Shown here: in pieces, positions 9,584-20,613 of the stretch
Numbering within the stretch: position 1 is the stretch's first letter
Layout: the number at the start of each line of letters is the position of its first letter
Assembly (NCBI GenBank): GCA_963780895.1
Contig: CAWAEG010000011.1
Span: 37,024-101,023 of the forward strand
Direction: 5' to 3'
DNA: 64,000 nucleotides
From: an uncultured Acidobacteriota bacterium
GTDB lineage: Bacteria > Acidobacteriota > Vicinamibacteria > Vicinamibacterales > SCN-69-37
Notes under the pieces: generated by a model
Told to the model about the DNA's origin: nothing
Database searches by the model: none
What the model saw: the letters and a program-made list of their open reading frames with translations, nothing else
Made by a program: the position numbers and the translations under genes

Positions 9584-12319
9584 TTCCCAACGCGTGCCTT
9601 GACGCTGTCCAGCCAGTGGACGATGACGGTGAGCGACGGCAACGCGTTGGCCTCGGCGTCTCCGCTGCGGACAAACACAAAGCGCTTGTCGTCGGGCGAG
9701 ATGTCAAAGGTGCGGCCTATCCCGCCGAAGCTGTACGGGGCCGAGAAGAGGACGACCGGCGTCCCGAAGGCGAACGGCGCGCCCGCGGCCACGGGAGGGA
9801 CTGGCGCGACCATGAGCCGGTCCGGCCGGTTCGCCGTGTAAAAGATCTCGCGGCCGGAGCGCGACCAGAGAGGCATTCGCCCGCCGCCTGTCGAGATCTG
9901 CCAGTGCCCGGCGTCCGTGTCTGGATACGGCCGCACGTGCACCTCTTCGGCCGTGCTTCCCTCATCGGACTGGTACAGAATCCACCGTCCGTCCGGCGAC
10001 ACCTCGCCGTTGACCTGCCTGAACGACGTCTTGAGGAAGGGCTTGAGCGCACGATCGACCAGCGATAACACGCCCAGTTTGAAGTCATCAGCCCTGACCG
10101 TGCGGACCAGTAATCCCTTGCCATCCGGCATCATCGCCAACGGCAGCTCCGAGTCCGGCGTGCTGCTCAGTCTTTCTGCGACGCCCGTGCCATCCGCCGC
10201 CCGGCGGTACACATCCGGTTGGTCGCCAGCTGTGGAGCTGTAGTAGATGTGCGCCGAGTCCTGGCTCCAGATCGGGTACGTCTCCCTATCCGGACCCGAC
10301 GTCAGCTTGGTGATCGTCTTGCGGGCCTCATCCCAGATCCAGATGTCGATGTCGTCTTCAAGTGCCGCAACCGCGATCTTCGGCCCGCCGGCCGGCGAAA
10401 TCCGTGGATGCTGATACGCGCGCGGCGGCACGGCGATGGGCTCGGCCTTTCCGAATCGATCGACCCAGACCAGCGTCAACAGCGCATCCGCGCCGGGAAG
10501 GAACACAAGCGTGCCATTGTCGGCAACGGCGAACTGACCGATGCCGGTCCCCGTCCCAACCGTAGCTGCACGCACACCCTCCTCGAGCGGTACGGGTCCT
10601 CCAGTCAGGCGGACGCGCGCGCTCGTCGAACGCTCGTCCCCAGAGCGATCCGTCGCGCCAGTAGACCAGGTAACCGGATGGCAATACCCGACCGTCAGTA
10701 CCGGCCGGGATGAGGACCTGTCGGGCACCGCCGCCGACCGGCTGCACGACGATTTCGCCCTCGTTGAAGGTGCTGTTTCGCGGCCGGACCGAATAGATCA
10801 CGTCGCGACCGGAATTCAGGAGCTGCGGGTGTCCGAGCTGTTCGCCGCTCTCCGGCGTCGCCGTCACCAGAATGCGCGGCTTGCCGCCGGTCTCGGCGAC
10901 GGCGGCAATCGACTGGCCTTGTCCGAATACGAGCGTGTCACCCTGCCAGCGCAGTCCGTTCGGCGAGACCGCCGGACTCAGCGTGACAGGCGTGCCACCC
11001 GTGATCCTGATCTTCCGCAGGGTGACGTTCGTGGGCGGTCCCTGCGGCGTCGCCGGCGTGAAAAACGCGATCTCCTGGCCGTCGGGTGAAAAGGTCAGGT
11101 CGAGCGGATCGACGTTCGTGCCGCGGATCGGCTGCGCCTCGCTCTCGTGCATCTGACGCAGGTAGATCTGGTTGTTGGCGATGTAGGCGATCTTCGTCCC
11201 GTCGGGCGAGATGGCGACGACGCGGCGGCCGCTCCGCGTGAAGGCCTGACCGGCGCCGAGCGGCATCGTAAACCGCGAGACGACATTCGTCACGACCGGA
11301 GCGGGTTTCAAGAACCAGGCGCCGCCGCCGGCCAGGGCGGCGAGTATCAGTGCGGCCCCGGCGAACATCAGGCGGTCATGCCGTTTTCGGCTCGCGACGA
11401 CTGGCGCGGGGAGACCTGCGGCCGAGCCGCCCTCGGCAATCCATTGCAGGTGCAGCCGGAGGTCGTGCGCCGTATGAAACCGGTTATCCGGGTGCTTTTC
11501 CAGGCACGTGCGCACGATCCGGCTGAGCGCGGGCGGCGTCAGCGGCTGCAACTCGGCCATCGGCGTCGGCTGCCGCTCGAGAATCGACGCGATGAGGCTG
11601 GCCTGCGATCTGCCCTCGAACGCGCGACGACCTGTGAGCATTTCGTACAGCACGCAGCCGAACGCCCAGATGTCCGTGCGCGCGTCGGCGTCCTGTCCCT
11701 CGATCTGCTCGGGCGCCATGTACTGAAAGGTCCCGAGGATGCTGCCCTGAGACGTGAGCGGCGCCGTCTGAATGCCGGGCTGTGGAGACGTAAGGAGCTT
11801 CGTCTCGATCGTCCCCTGCGCCGACGCGGCAACGAGCTTGACCAGCCCGAAGTCGAGGAGTTTGCAGACGCCAAGGCCGCCGGCGTCCTTCAGCAGGAAG
11901 ACGTTCGCCGGCTTGAGGTCTCGATGGACGATCCCCTGGCGATGCGCCTTGTCGAGCGCGTCGGCGATCTGCATCGCGTACTCGAGAGCGTGATCGGCTG
12001 GCAGCGATCCCTTCGCCAGCCGCGCGCCGAGCGTCTCGCCCTCGAGAAACTCCATGACGAGAAAGTCCGTCCCGTTCTGGCTGCCGACGTCGTAGAGCGT
12101 GCAGATGTGCGGGTGATTCAGCGCCGAGATGCTCTTCGCCTCCCGCTCGAAGCGGGCCTTGAACTCCGGGTCGGCCGCGAGCGCCGGGGGCAGGACCTTG
12201 AGCGCGACAGTCCGGTCGAGCCGCGTGTCGCGCGCCTTGTACACCTCTCCCATTCCTCCCGCGCCGATGGGACTGACAATCTCATAGGGCCCAAGACGAG
12301 TACCGGCTGTCAGTCCCAT
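9580..12319 (-). CDS. Hanks-type Ser/Thr protein kinase with TM helix and PD40/TolB-like beta-propeller; +1 frameshift near 10612-10620
   Basis: GAGGMGEVY, VALK, HRDLKPAN, DFG, YMAPE and DIWAFG motifs. ISPDG repeats continue across ORFs 10358-12319 and 9580-10728. Confidence 0.9.
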
Positions 12320-12508
12320 CGGTGCACTTGGGAATGCGCGAGGTCAGTCTGCTTCAAGAAGTAGCGCGGGGCCCCACCCCCGCGCCTGGAGCCGCGCCTC
12401 GGCTCGAAGACTCGCTCGGCGCGGCAGCCGCAGGCGCTCATGCCTCCCGCACCGATGGGCGCGAGGATTCTCGTACGGGCCGAGACGGGTCCCGGCGCTG
12501 AGAGGCAT
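12310..12508 (-). pseudogene. Duplicate kinase N-terminal fragment (MPLSAGTRLGPYEILAPIGAGGM) interrupted by a repeat; possible leader ORF
   Basis: 19/23 aa identical to the start of the adjacent kinase once one extra A near 12469 is removed. TATAAT lies 8 nt upstream. Confidence 0.7.
12364..12438 (-). repeat. GC-rich palindromic REP-like insert ending in a GCGCGGGG..CCCCGCGC hairpin
   Basis: Hairpin gcgcgggg-cccca-cccccgcgc at 12364-12385. The insert begins immediately after the GGM codons of the fragment. Confidence 0.55.
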
Positions 12509-12539
12509 CGACGGGGATTATAGGGGGCGGCCGCCCAGG

Positions 12540-14702
12540 TCAGTACTTGGCGGTCTCGAGAATCGCGGCGAGGACGTCGGCCGAGCTGGGCAGGATCTCC
12601 TCTTCGAGATCCGGGCAGTACGCGACGGGGCAGTCCATCGCGCCGACACGACGCACCGGAGCGTCGAGATACTCGAACAGATCGCTCGCGACCCGCGCGG
12701 CCAGCTCGGCGCCGAAGCCGCACGTGAGCTGATCCTCGTGCGCGATGACGATGCGGTTGGTGGCCTTGACCGATGCCGCGATCGCGTCCCAGTCGAACGG
12801 CGTGATCGTCCGCAGGTCGATGACCTTCGTGCTCACGCCGTCCTTCTCCGCCTGCTGCGCGGCGAGGATCGACCGCTGCACCAGCGCGCCCCAGGTGACG
12901 ACGACGACGTCGGTGCCTTCACGCCGGACGGCTGATTTGCCGAACGGAATCATGTAGTTCGAGCCGGGGTACTCGCTCTTGTTGTACGTCTGGCGGTAGA
13001 GGTGCTTGTGTTCGAGGAACAGGACCGGGTCGTCGCAGCGCATCGCCGTGCGCAAGAGCCCGGCGGCGTCCTGCGCGTTCGACGGATACGCGATGCGAAT
13101 GCCGGGGCAGTGCGCGAAGATGCTCTCGCCCGACTGGCTGTGGTACGGCGCGCCGCCCCGGAGGTAGCCGCCGATCGCGGTACGGATGACCATCGGGCAC
13201 GAGAAGTTGTTGCTCGACCGGTACCGCATCATCGAGACTTCGTTGCGGAGCTGCATCATCGCCGGCCAGATGTAGTCGAAGAACTGGATCTCGGCGACCG
13301 GCTTGATGCCGCGCGTCGCCATGCCGACGGCACGCCCGATGATGTTGGCCTCGGCGAGGGGTGAGTTGAACACGCGGTCCTGGCCGAACGCCTTCTGCAG
13401 TCCGTACGTAACCTTGAAGACGCCGCCCTTGCCCTGGACCTCGCTCAGGTTGCCGGCGTGCGTCGCGTCCGCGACGTCTTCACCGAAGACGATGATGCGC
13501 GGGTTCACCGCCATCTCGTCCTTCATCGTCCGGTTGATGGCCGCGACCATCGTGTCCGCCTTGCCTTCGGGCTGAGGCGCCGTGTCGAACTCGGAGGACG
13601 TCGGATCCACGTCGGGCGAGTACACCCACAGCCCGGCCGTGTGCTTCGACGGTTTTTCCGCCTTGATCGCGGCGTCGGCCGCTTCGCCGATCTCGCGGTC
13701 CACGTCCTTGGCGAGCTCGGCCAGCTCCTCGTCCGTGATGAAGTCCTGGGACTTGAGGAACGCCGCGAACTTCGGGATCGGATCGCGCTTGGCTTCCTCG
13801 GCGCGCTCGGCCGGCGTCTTGTAGAGCCGTTCGTCGTCCGAGAGCGAATGTGAATAGGGACGAATGCACGTGGCATGCACCAACGCGGGCCCTTTGCGGG
13901 CGCGGCACCAGGCCACCGCATCCTTCATCGTCCGGTAGCTGTCGAGAAAGTCTGTGCCGTCGCAGCGGGACACCGCGAGACCGGGGAACGACTCGACGAG
14001 CTTGGAGATGTTCCCGCCCGGCGTCTGGACCTCGACCGGGACCGAGATGGCGTACCCGTTGTCTTCGACGACGAAGACCACGGGAAGCTTGCGCACGCAG
14101 GCTGTCGTGAGCGCTTCCCAGAACTCGCCTTCGCTGGTCGTGCCGTCGCCGACGGAAACGTACACGACCTCGTCGGCCTTGAACCTCGAACTGCGATCGG
14201 GGATCTCCTGGACACGCTCGTAGAGCATGCCGGCCTCGGCGCATCCGATCGCCTGCAGGCACTGCGTGCCGGTCGGACTCGACTGCGAGACGATGTTGAG
14301 CTTCTTGTGGCCCCAGTGCGACGGCATCTGGCGGCCGCCGCTGTTCGGGTCGTCCTTGGCGCCGACGCCGCTCAGGAACATCTCGTACGGCGTCATGCCG
14401 AGCATCAGGCACAGCGCGCGATCGCGATAGTACGGATAGAACCAGTCGTAGGCGGGCTTGAGCGCCAGACCGGCGGCCGTCATGATGGCCTCGTGGCCCG
14501 CGCCGCTGATCTGGAAAAAGATCAGACTCTGGTTTTTGAGCTGGATTTCCTTGTCGTCGATGCGGCGCGACAGCAGCATCGTGCGGTAGAGCTTGACCAG
14601 CTCGTCCCGCGACAATCCTTCGATCGACCGTTCGGCGCCGGACCGTGGCGATGCTGGCGCGCGTTCCTCGGCTCGTGCGTTCGAGACGGCAGTGTTTCTC
14701 AT
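12540..14702 (-). CDS. Fused E1 alpha/beta 2-oxoacid dehydrogenase (branched-chain type)
   Basis: TPP motif GDGTTSEG...N, HSLSDD, then beta-subunit motifs GEDV, NSPLAE, EIQFFDY and HSQS. Confidence 0.92.
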   Translation of the reverse strand: MRNTAVSNARAEERAPASPRSGAERSIEGLSRDELVKLYRTMLLSRRIDDKEIQLKNQSLIFFQISGAGHEAIMTAAGLALKPAYDWFYPYYRDRALCLMLGMTPYEMFLSGVGAKDDPNSGGRQMPSHWGHKKLNIVSQSSPTGTQCLQAIGCAEAGMLYERVQEIPDRSSRFKADEVVYVSVGDGTTSEGEFWEALTTACVRKLPVVFVVEDNGYAISVPVEVQTPGGNISKLVESFPGLAVSRCDGTDFLDSYRTMKDAVAWCRARKGPALVHATCIRPYSHSLSDDERLYKTPAERAEEAKRDPIPKFAAFLKSQDFITDEELAELAKDVDREIGEAADAAIKAEKPSKHTAGLWVYSPDVDPTSSEFDTAPQPEGKADTMVAAINRTMKDEMAVNPRIIVFGEDVADATHAGNLSEVQGKGGVFKVTYGLQKAFGQDRVFNSPLAEANIIGRAVGMATRGIKPVAEIQFFDYIWPAMMQLRNEVSMMRYRSSNNFSCPMVIRTAIGGYLRGGAPYHSQSGESIFAHCPGIRIAYPSNAQDAAGLLRTAMRCDDPVLFLEHKHLYRQTYNKSEYPGSNYMIPFGKSAVRREGTDVVVVTWGALVQRSILAAQQAEKDGVSTKVIDLRTITPFDWDAIAASVKATNRIVIAHEDQLTCGFGAELAARVASDLFEYLDAPVRRVGAMDCPVAYCPDLEEEILPSSADVLAAILETAKY

Positions 14703-14746
14703 GCGAGGGGGTCTGCCCGGACTTCCGGCGGCCGGGCAACCGGTCG

Positions 14747-14754
14747 ATTATACT
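14747..14754. promoter_or_regulatory. Overlapping divergent -10 elements (TATAAT on -, TATACT on +)
   Basis: ATTATACT lies between the divergent E1 and cupin genes. Confidence 0.55.
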
Positions 14755-14789
14755 CCGATGAACTGAGCCGTTTCCCTTTGAACTTTGTG

Positions 14790-15125
14790 ATGACTCGTGG
14801 CGTCTCTCAGTATTGTTGGGACGAGCTGCCACTCGACAAAGTGACAGAAATGGTCGCCCGTAAGGCGATTGTGGGCACGCGCCAGACCCTGGTGCAGTCC
14901 TACCTCAAAGCCGGCGCGATCGTGCCGCTGCACTCACATCAGGACGAGCAGATGATCTACGTGCTGCAGGGCGCGCTGAAGGTGCTCGTCGGCGGCGAGA
15001 CGGCCACGGTCCACGAGGGCGAGGTGCTGCTGGTGCCGGCCGGCGTGCGGCACCAGGCCGAGGCACTCGACGACACGTTCGTGATGACGGTGGGATCGGC
15101 GCGATCCGATCTGGAGGTTCCATGA
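14790..15125 (+). CDS. Cupin_2 domain protein
   Basis: HSHQDEQMIYVLQG...VPAGVRH cupin motifs. Start at ATG 14790 within the longer ORF. Confidence 0.85.
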   Translation: MTRGVSQYCWDELPLDKVTEMVARKAIVGTRQTLVQSYLKAGAIVPLHSHQDEQMIYVLQGALKVLVGGETATVHEGEVLLVPAGVRHQAEALDDTFVMTVGSARSDLEVP

Positions 15126-15685
15126 TTTGGATTCTGCTCGGGCTTGTCGTCCTGCTCGCGTTGTGGGGCATCACCACCTACAACCGGCTGATCGGGCTCA
15201 GGAACCAGAAAGAGAACGGCTGGCGGCAGATTGACGTGCAGCTGAAGCGCCGGCACGACCTGATCCCCAACCTCGTCAACACCGTCCGCGGCGCGATGGA
15301 GTTCGAGCGCGACACGCTGACGCAGGTGATGGACGCGCGCGCCAAGGCCATGTCGGCCAGCGGTCCCGCCGACGCGAGCCGCAAAGAAGGCGAGCTCACG
15401 CAGGCGCTCGGGCGCCTGTTCGCGCTGGCGGAGAACTATCCGCAGCTGCGCGCGAACGAAAACGTGAAAATGCTCCAGGAAGAGCTGGCGGCCACCGAAA
15501 ACAAGGTGGGCTTCGCGCGGCAGTTCTACAACGACATCGCGACCAGCTACAACATCGCGCGCGAGACGTTCCCGTCGAACCTCATCGCCAGCTCGCTCGG
15601 ATTCACGCCCGCCGAGCTCTTCGAGATCACCGACGCCGCCGAGCGTCAGGTGCCGACGGTGGACCTGTCGATGAAGAAGACATGA
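15122..15685 (+). CDS. lemA: LemA family protein
   Basis: N-terminal TM helix, QLKRRHDLIPNLV, AENYPQLRAN and RQFYN...FPSN. Confidence 0.95.
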   Translation: MIWILLGLVVLLALWGITTYNRLIGLRNQKENGWRQIDVQLKRRHDLIPNLVNTVRGAMEFERDTLTQVMDARAKAMSASGPADASRKEGELTQALGRLFALAENYPQLRANENVKMLQEELAATENKVGFARQFYNDIATSYNIARETFPSNLIASSLGFTPAELFEITDAAERQVPTVDLSMKKT

Positions 15686-15732
15686 CCTCTGAGGTCATTT
15701 CGCGATGATCGAGCGAAATGACCTCAGAGGTC
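15682..15732. repeat. Palindrome doublet ATGACCTCnGAGGTCAT (copy 1)
   Basis: atgacctctgaggtcatttcgc-9 nt-gcgaaatgacctcagaggtc. Confidence 0.85.
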
Positions 15733-15738
15733 TTCTCC

Positions 15739-16719
15739 ATGAACATCTACGAGCAGCAGGCCGCCAACCGGCGGCGCACCTGGTTGGTGATGGCGGGGTT
15801 CATCGCCTTTCTCGCCATCCTCGGCGCGGGTTTCGATCTGTTCATCATCGGCAATGGAGAGTTCTTCGCGCCCGTCGCGACGTCGCTCGCCGTGGCGATC
15901 GGCGCGGGACAGTCCTGGTGGAGCCTGCGCCACGGCGATCGCGCCGTCCTGAAGTCGAGCTCCGCCGTTCCGATCGAAGATCGTCTCGCGCAGGCTTCCT
16001 CCGACGAGGACCGTCTGCGCTACCGCCAGTTCGAGAACATCGTCGAAGAAATGGCGATCGCCGCGGGATTGCCGAAGCCCAAGGCCTATGTCATCGCCGA
16101 CGCTGATCCGAACGCCTTCGCAACGGGACGGGACCCCGAGCACGCGTCGATCGCGGTCACCGATGGGCTGCTGCGCGCCCTCAACCGCGAGGAGCTCCAG
16201 GGCGTGGTCGCGCACGAAATGGGACACGTCCGCAACCTCGACATCCGGCTGATGACGGTCGTTGCCGCGCTCGTCGGGGCGATTCTGCTCCTCGCCGACT
16301 GGTCCGGCCGCGGGATGCGGTTCGGCGGAGGGTCGTCACGCTCGAGCAGCAAGAGTAAAGACGGCGGCGGAGGCCTCGGCGTGATCTTTCTCGTGATCTG
16401 GATCGCCGCGATCATCCTCGCGCCGTTCCTCGGCCGTCTTCTCGCCACGGCCGTGTCACGGCGGCGGGAGTACCTGGCCGATGCGACGGGGGCGGAGCTG
16501 ACCCGCCATCCCCTGGCTCTCGCCAACGCGCTGGAAAAGATTGAAGGGGCGCCAGGCCCCACGCCGAGCGTCAAGCGCGGCACCGCTCACATGTGCATCG
16601 CGGATCCACTCGGGCTGAGGATCGACAACACCGAAAGCGGCTGGGCGAACCTCTGGGCGACACACCCGCCGATGGCCAAGCGCATCGCGGCACTCAAGGC
16701 CATGGCCTATCAGGCCTAG
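15739..16719 (+). CDS. htpX: HtpX-family M48 membrane zinc protease
   Basis: PNAFATG, AHEMGH (HExxH), REYLAD and THPP; adjacent to lemA. In-frame alternative ATG at 15718. Confidence 0.92.
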   Translation: MNIYEQQAANRRRTWLVMAGFIAFLAILGAGFDLFIIGNGEFFAPVATSLAVAIGAGQSWWSLRHGDRAVLKSSSAVPIEDRLAQASSDEDRLRYRQFENIVEEMAIAAGLPKPKAYVIADADPNAFATGRDPEHASIAVTDGLLRALNREELQGVVAHEMGHVRNLDIRLMTVVAALVGAILLLADWSGRGMRFGGGSSRSSSKSKDGGGGLGVIFLVIWIAAIILAPFLGRLLATAVSRRREYLADATGAELTRHPLALANALEKIEGAPGPTPSVKRGTAHMCIADPLGLRIDNTESGWANLWATHPPMAKRIAALKAMAYQA

Positions 16720-18125
16720 TCGTCGTCCACACCGGCGTTGCGGTCAGGCAGGCCCGTCCCGCGCGTTTCCGACGTCACGAATCCGAAGAGCGCCAGGTTG
16801 ATCAGGCTGAGGACCACGGTCAGATCGAGCCCCGTCACGCTGCGTTCGAACGGCAGCGGCCGGCCGTCGCCGATGCCATAAAAGACGTACATGTTGATCG
16901 CGCAGATCGCGGAGACCGCATAGAACGGCGCGCGAAACCTGCGCTCGAGTCCCGCCGCGAGCCCGAAGAAGGGCACTGCCAGGTAGAGGTGGTTCTCGTG
17001 GACCTGCGCGGCGAACATGAAGTACGCGAATATGCACCAGCCGGCCGTCGCCGCCCAGACCGACAGCGACCGCCGGGTGCCGAAGCGCCACAGCACCCAG
17101 ACAATGAGCAGCGCGACGATCCCGGAACCGATGAATTTCGGGTCGACAAAGGCGATCTCCATGAACCGCTGGCGCCCGAGAATTCGGACCGGCATCGTGA
17201 ACGCCTGGAACGGCCCCAGATGTAGGGCGTAGACCGCGCGGAGGATCCAGGTGACCAGCCACCACGCGTTCAGAGCGTAGCCCGAGAGCATGTCGTGTGA
17301 GGCCAGCCGGCTGACGGCCTGCAGCATGCTCGGCCCTGCGCCACGCAGGACGATTGGCAGCACGATGATGGCCGCCGTGACGCTGGCGCCGATCGCGAAC
17401 GACCGCAGGTTTCGCTTCGCGAGCTTGTCGAGCCGCATGAATCGCAGCGCGAGGTCTTCCTGTCTGCGCATGGCGACCAGCACGATCACCGGGGCGACGA
17501 ACAGGGCCTGCGCCTTTGTCAGCACGGCCGCGGCCGTCAGCGCCCCGGCGGCCGCCGGAAAACCACCCGCCGCGGCGACCAGCGCGAGGAGCGCCGGTGC
17601 CGCCATCTGCGCGTCGAGATAACCCAGCGCAGCGCCGTTCACGATCACGGCCGGGTTGAGCCAGATCGCGAGCGCCGTCCAGGTTGCCGCCTCCGGTCCG
17701 AACAGCCGCCGGCCCCAGACCATCAGGCCCATCACCAGCGTGATCTCCGCGATCACGCCCGGCATCTTCACGAGCGCGGTGAGGAGCGGCGTGTCGTCGT
17801 ACGCCGGATCGATGGCCCGATAGATCCGGCCGACGACGGCGAGCTCGTAGAGCGCCAGCGGCGGGTATTCGGTCGTCGATTTGATTCCGCGCCAGTGAAT
17901 GACCCGGCGCTCGGGTGGCTTGCCGCCCACGCCGTAGAGCGCGGTCGCGTCGGTGGACGCGCCGAAGCTCCAGGTTTTCCAGGAAGCGACATCGGGCGAT
18001 CCGGGCACGGGAAGGAGCACGACCCGGATGATCGCGCCCAGCGCGAAGCCGGCGATGACGAGGGCCGTTCTTACGCGCCTGGGCAGACGTGAGAACGGCC
18101 CGAGACGGCTCGCCCGCCCGGCCAT
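16716..18125 (-). CDS. GT-C fold membrane glycosyltransferase (GT87/PigM-like)
   Basis: Multi-TM protein with EYPP, LNPAVI, GYLD, TKAQ and QVHENHL. ATG 18125 overlaps the rhomboid stop. Confidence 0.7.
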   Translation of the reverse strand: MAGRASRLGPFSRLPRRVRTALVIAGFALGAIIRVVLLPVPGSPDVASWKTWSFGASTDATALYGVGGKPPERRVIHWRGIKSTTEYPPLALYELAVVGRIYRAIDPAYDDTPLLTALVKMPGVIAEITLVMGLMVWGRRLFGPEAATWTALAIWLNPAVIVNGAALGYLDAQMAAPALLALVAAAGGFPAAAGALTAAAVLTKAQALFVAPVIVLVAMRRQEDLALRFMRLDKLAKRNLRSFAIGASVTAAIIVLPIVLRGAGPSMLQAVSRLASHDMLSGYALNAWWLVTWILRAVYALHLGPFQAFTMPVRILGRQRFMEIAFVDPKFIGSGIVALLIVWVLWRFGTRRSLSVWAATAGWCIFAYFMFAAQVHENHLYLAVPFFGLAAGLERRFRAPFYAVSAICAINMYVFYGIGDGRPLPFERSVTGLDLTVVLSLINLALFGFVTSETRGTGLPDRNAGVDDD

Positions 18126-18892
18126 CAATGGATGTGGTTCTTCCAGTTGTCGTCGCGTCCGCCGCGGTGAACGTCGAAACGCCGCCGCATGCGATCCATC
18201 CGCCACTTGGTGAGCCGGTATTTCAGATCGAGACGAAGATTCGTCGGCCCCTTGAGGTAGATCCAGCCGACGATCATGCCGCCGAGGTGGGCGATCTGGT
18301 TGACCGGCCCGCCGCCGCCCGCGCTCATCGCCGAGAGAAACGCGATGGCGCCCATGATGATCGCGAAGACTTTCGCCGGGATCGGGAACAGCATCATGAA
18401 CAGGATCATTCGGTGGGGAAACACGATCGCCCACGCCAGGATCAGGCCATAGATCGCCCCCGATGCGCCGATGGTCGGCACGCTGTAGAGCGCTCTCACC
18501 GACTCGAGCGGCATCAGGGAGATGACAACCGTGGACAAGCCCGCGCCGATCCCCGTCAGAAAGTAGTACCGCGTGAACGCCTGCGTGCCCCAGCGCCGTT
18601 CGAGATCGACGCCGAACATCCAGAGCGCGAGCATGTTGAAGAGCACATGCGTCACGATCGACCGTGCAGGAACAGGTATGTGACGATCTGCCACAGCCGC
18701 CCCTGGGTCGAGGAACGCGTCAGGCGTCAAGCCGAACAGTCCGACGAGCGGGTTCAGCTGTCTCCCTCCGGGTTCGGCGAAGACCAGCACGATGAAGACG
18801 GCAATGTTCGCAATGAGGAGGAGCCGAATGGCCGGTGAAACCCCTCCTGGCCCGAACGTGATGTGCGTTCCCGACGGCGCGTACCGGCTCAC
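18125..18892 (-). CDS. Rhomboid intramembrane serine protease (with a compensating indel pair at about 18660-18712)
   Basis: HVLFNM, GASG and AHLGG. The conserved WQIVTYLFLH segment is in a shifted frame. Confidence 0.9.
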   Translation of the reverse strand: MSRYAPSGTHITFGPGGVSPAIRLLLIANIAVFIVLVFAEPGGRQLNPLVGLFGLTPDAFLDPGAAVADRHIPVPARSIVTHVLFNMLALWMFGVDLERRWGTQAFTRYYFLTGIGAGLSTVVISLMPLESVRALYSVPTIGASGAIYGLILAWAIVFPHRMILFMMLFPIPAKVFAIIMGAIAFLSAMSAGGGGPVNQIAHLGGMIVGWIYLKGPTNLRLDLKYRLTKWRMDRMRRRFDVHRGGRDDNWKNHIH

Positions 18893-18894
18893 AC

Positions 18895-18946
18895 GACCTC
18901 CGAGGTCATTTTACGCTTTTCGAAAAATGGACCTCGGAGGTCATTT
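18895..18946. repeat. Palindrome doublet ATGACCTCnGAGGTCAT (copy 2)
   Basis: gacctccgaggtcatttt...aaaatggacctcggaggtcattt. Confidence 0.85.
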
Positions 18947-20510
18947 CCGCCGCGATCACGCGCTGCATGACCTGACCAAACTCCTCGATTCTCAGCGCCG
19001 CCGCGGACACCGCCAGCGTGGCGAGCGCGATGCCGATAGCCCCGAAAACCCTGATCGTGCGCGGCAGCCACCACGGATCGGGGAGCAGCCGGTGCAGCCA
19101 CGTTTCGGCGTAGTAGGCCGCGACGCCCATCACGGCCGACGCGATCAGAATCTTCAGGAGCGAACGGGTGACGCGCGCGCCGTCCAGTCCGCCGAGCCGC
19201 CGCGACAGCAGGAACAGCAGCAGGCCCGCATTGACGTTCGCGGCGACGGCCGTGCCGAGCGCCAATCCTCGGAACTGCAGGTCCGTCGAGTTCAGCCAGA
19301 TGTTCAGCACGAGGTTGAGCAGGATGCTGACGATGCTGATCGTGGCTGGCGTCCGCGCATCCTGCAGCGAGTAGAAACCGGGCGAGAGGATCTTGACGGC
19401 CGAATAACCCAGGATGCCCGGCGCATAAAAGAAGAGCGCGCCGGCGACGAGGATCGTGGACTGCGTGTCGAACCTGCCGTACTCGAACAGGAGCTCCACG
19501 ATCGGACGCGCCAGCACCATCATGCCGACAACCGCCGGCACGCTGAGCATCAACATGAGCCGGAGTCCCCATGAGACCGTCGCGCGCATTTCGCGGAACG
19601 CCGCGCTCGCCGCATGGCCCGCGAGATCGGGAATCGCCGCCGTCGCCACCGACACGCCCACGATCCCGATTGGAACGTAGATGAGCCGGAACGCGTACTG
19701 CAGCGCCGCGGCCGCGCCGTCCTGGCCGGTGGCGAGTGACGTGCTGACGAACAGATTGATCTGCGCGGCCGCGACCCCGAGCGTCGCGGGGCCCATGAGG
19801 ATGAGCATCTCGCGCAGTCCTGGATCGCGGAAGTCGACGATCCACTGATGCCGGTAGCCCTCCTGCCGCAGCGCCGGCCACTGAATGACGACCTGAGCGA
19901 CGCCGCCGAGGAGCATGCCCGCCGAAAGCGCCATGACCGGTTCCATCCCCATCCGCGTGAAGATGGGCACGAACACGATCGTGCTGATGATGAAGACGAC
20001 GTTGTACATCGCGGGCGAGGTGGCCGGGATGAAGAACCGGCGCACCGAGTTGAGCATCCCCATGAACGCCGCCGCGACCGCGACGAGCAGCAGGAACGGC
20101 ATGTTCACGCGCGCGATGAGCGTGGTGAGCGCGATCTTCTCGGGCGTGTCGGTGTAGCCCGGGGCGTAGTTGTACGCCAGCGGTTCGGCGAACACGATGC
20201 CCAGGATGACGATCGCGCCGGTGACGAGCAGCAGCCAGTTGACGACGAGCGATCCGAGCCGCCACGCCGCGGCCTTGCCTTCGTTCTTGAGGTACCGGGC
20301 GATCGTGGGTACGAAGGCGGCACTCATCGCGCCTTCGGCGAAGAGGTCGCGGAGCAGCGTGGGGATGCGCGTGCCGACCGCGAACGCGTCCGCGGCCGCG
20401 CCGGTGCCGAAGTACGCCGCCATGACCTGATCGCGGACGAGACCGAGGACGCGGCTCGTCGTCGTCGCCAGTCCGATGAGACCGGCGGATCGCGCCAGCC
20501 GTTCCGTCAT
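18906..20510 (-). CDS. murJ: Lipid II flippase MurJ/MviN
   Basis: SRVLGLVRD, RIPTLLRDLFAEGAMSAAFVP and FYSLQDARTP. Confidence 0.95.
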   Translation of the reverse strand: MTERLARSAGLIGLATTTSRVLGLVRDQVMAAYFGTGAAADAFAVGTRIPTLLRDLFAEGAMSAAFVPTIARYLKNEGKAAAWRLGSLVVNWLLLVTGAIVILGIVFAEPLAYNYAPGYTDTPEKIALTTLIARVNMPFLLLVAVAAAFMGMLNSVRRFFIPATSPAMYNVVFIISTIVFVPIFTRMGMEPVMALSAGMLLGGVAQVVIQWPALRQEGYRHQWIVDFRDPGLREMLILMGPATLGVAAAQINLFVSTSLATGQDGAAAALQYAFRLIYVPIGIVGVSVATAAIPDLAGHAASAAFREMRATVSWGLRLMLMLSVPAVVGMMVLARPIVELLFEYGRFDTQSTILVAGALFFYAPGILGYSAVKILSPGFYSLQDARTPATISIVSILLNLVLNIWLNSTDLQFRGLALGTAVAANVNAGLLLFLLSRRLGGLDGARVTRSLLKILIASAVMGVAAYYAETWLHRLLPDPWWLPRTIRVFGAIGIALATLAVSAAALRIEEFGQVMQRVIAAEMTSEVHFSKSVK

Positions 20511-20528
20511 CGGCGCCGGAGAGTACAG

Positions 20529-20568
20529 AAAAAAAGAAGGGGCCTCAACCCCTGCGGTTGAGGCCCCT
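20529..20568 (-). terminator. Intrinsic terminator
   Basis: 13-bp stem AGGGGCCTCAACC/GGTTGAGGCCCCT, 5-nt loop, followed on the - strand by TC and a T7 tract. Confidence 0.9.
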
Positions 20569-20609
20569 GCCCGGAGGATGGATGAGAGGCTCTTTGCGTG
20601 CCTTTCACT
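20529..20609 (-). ncRNA. Candidate ~80-nt small RNA with a CU-rich seed
   Basis: ECF-type promoter upstream, CCUCUCAUCCAUCCUCC segment, and a strong terminator. Confidence 0.6.
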
Positions 20610-20613
20610 AGTC

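Noticed and set aside
12540..14702. E1 alpha-beta fusion without neighbouring E2/E3 as a novelty
   Set aside because: Fused E1 genes unlinked from E2/E3 are already known in several bacterial phyla.
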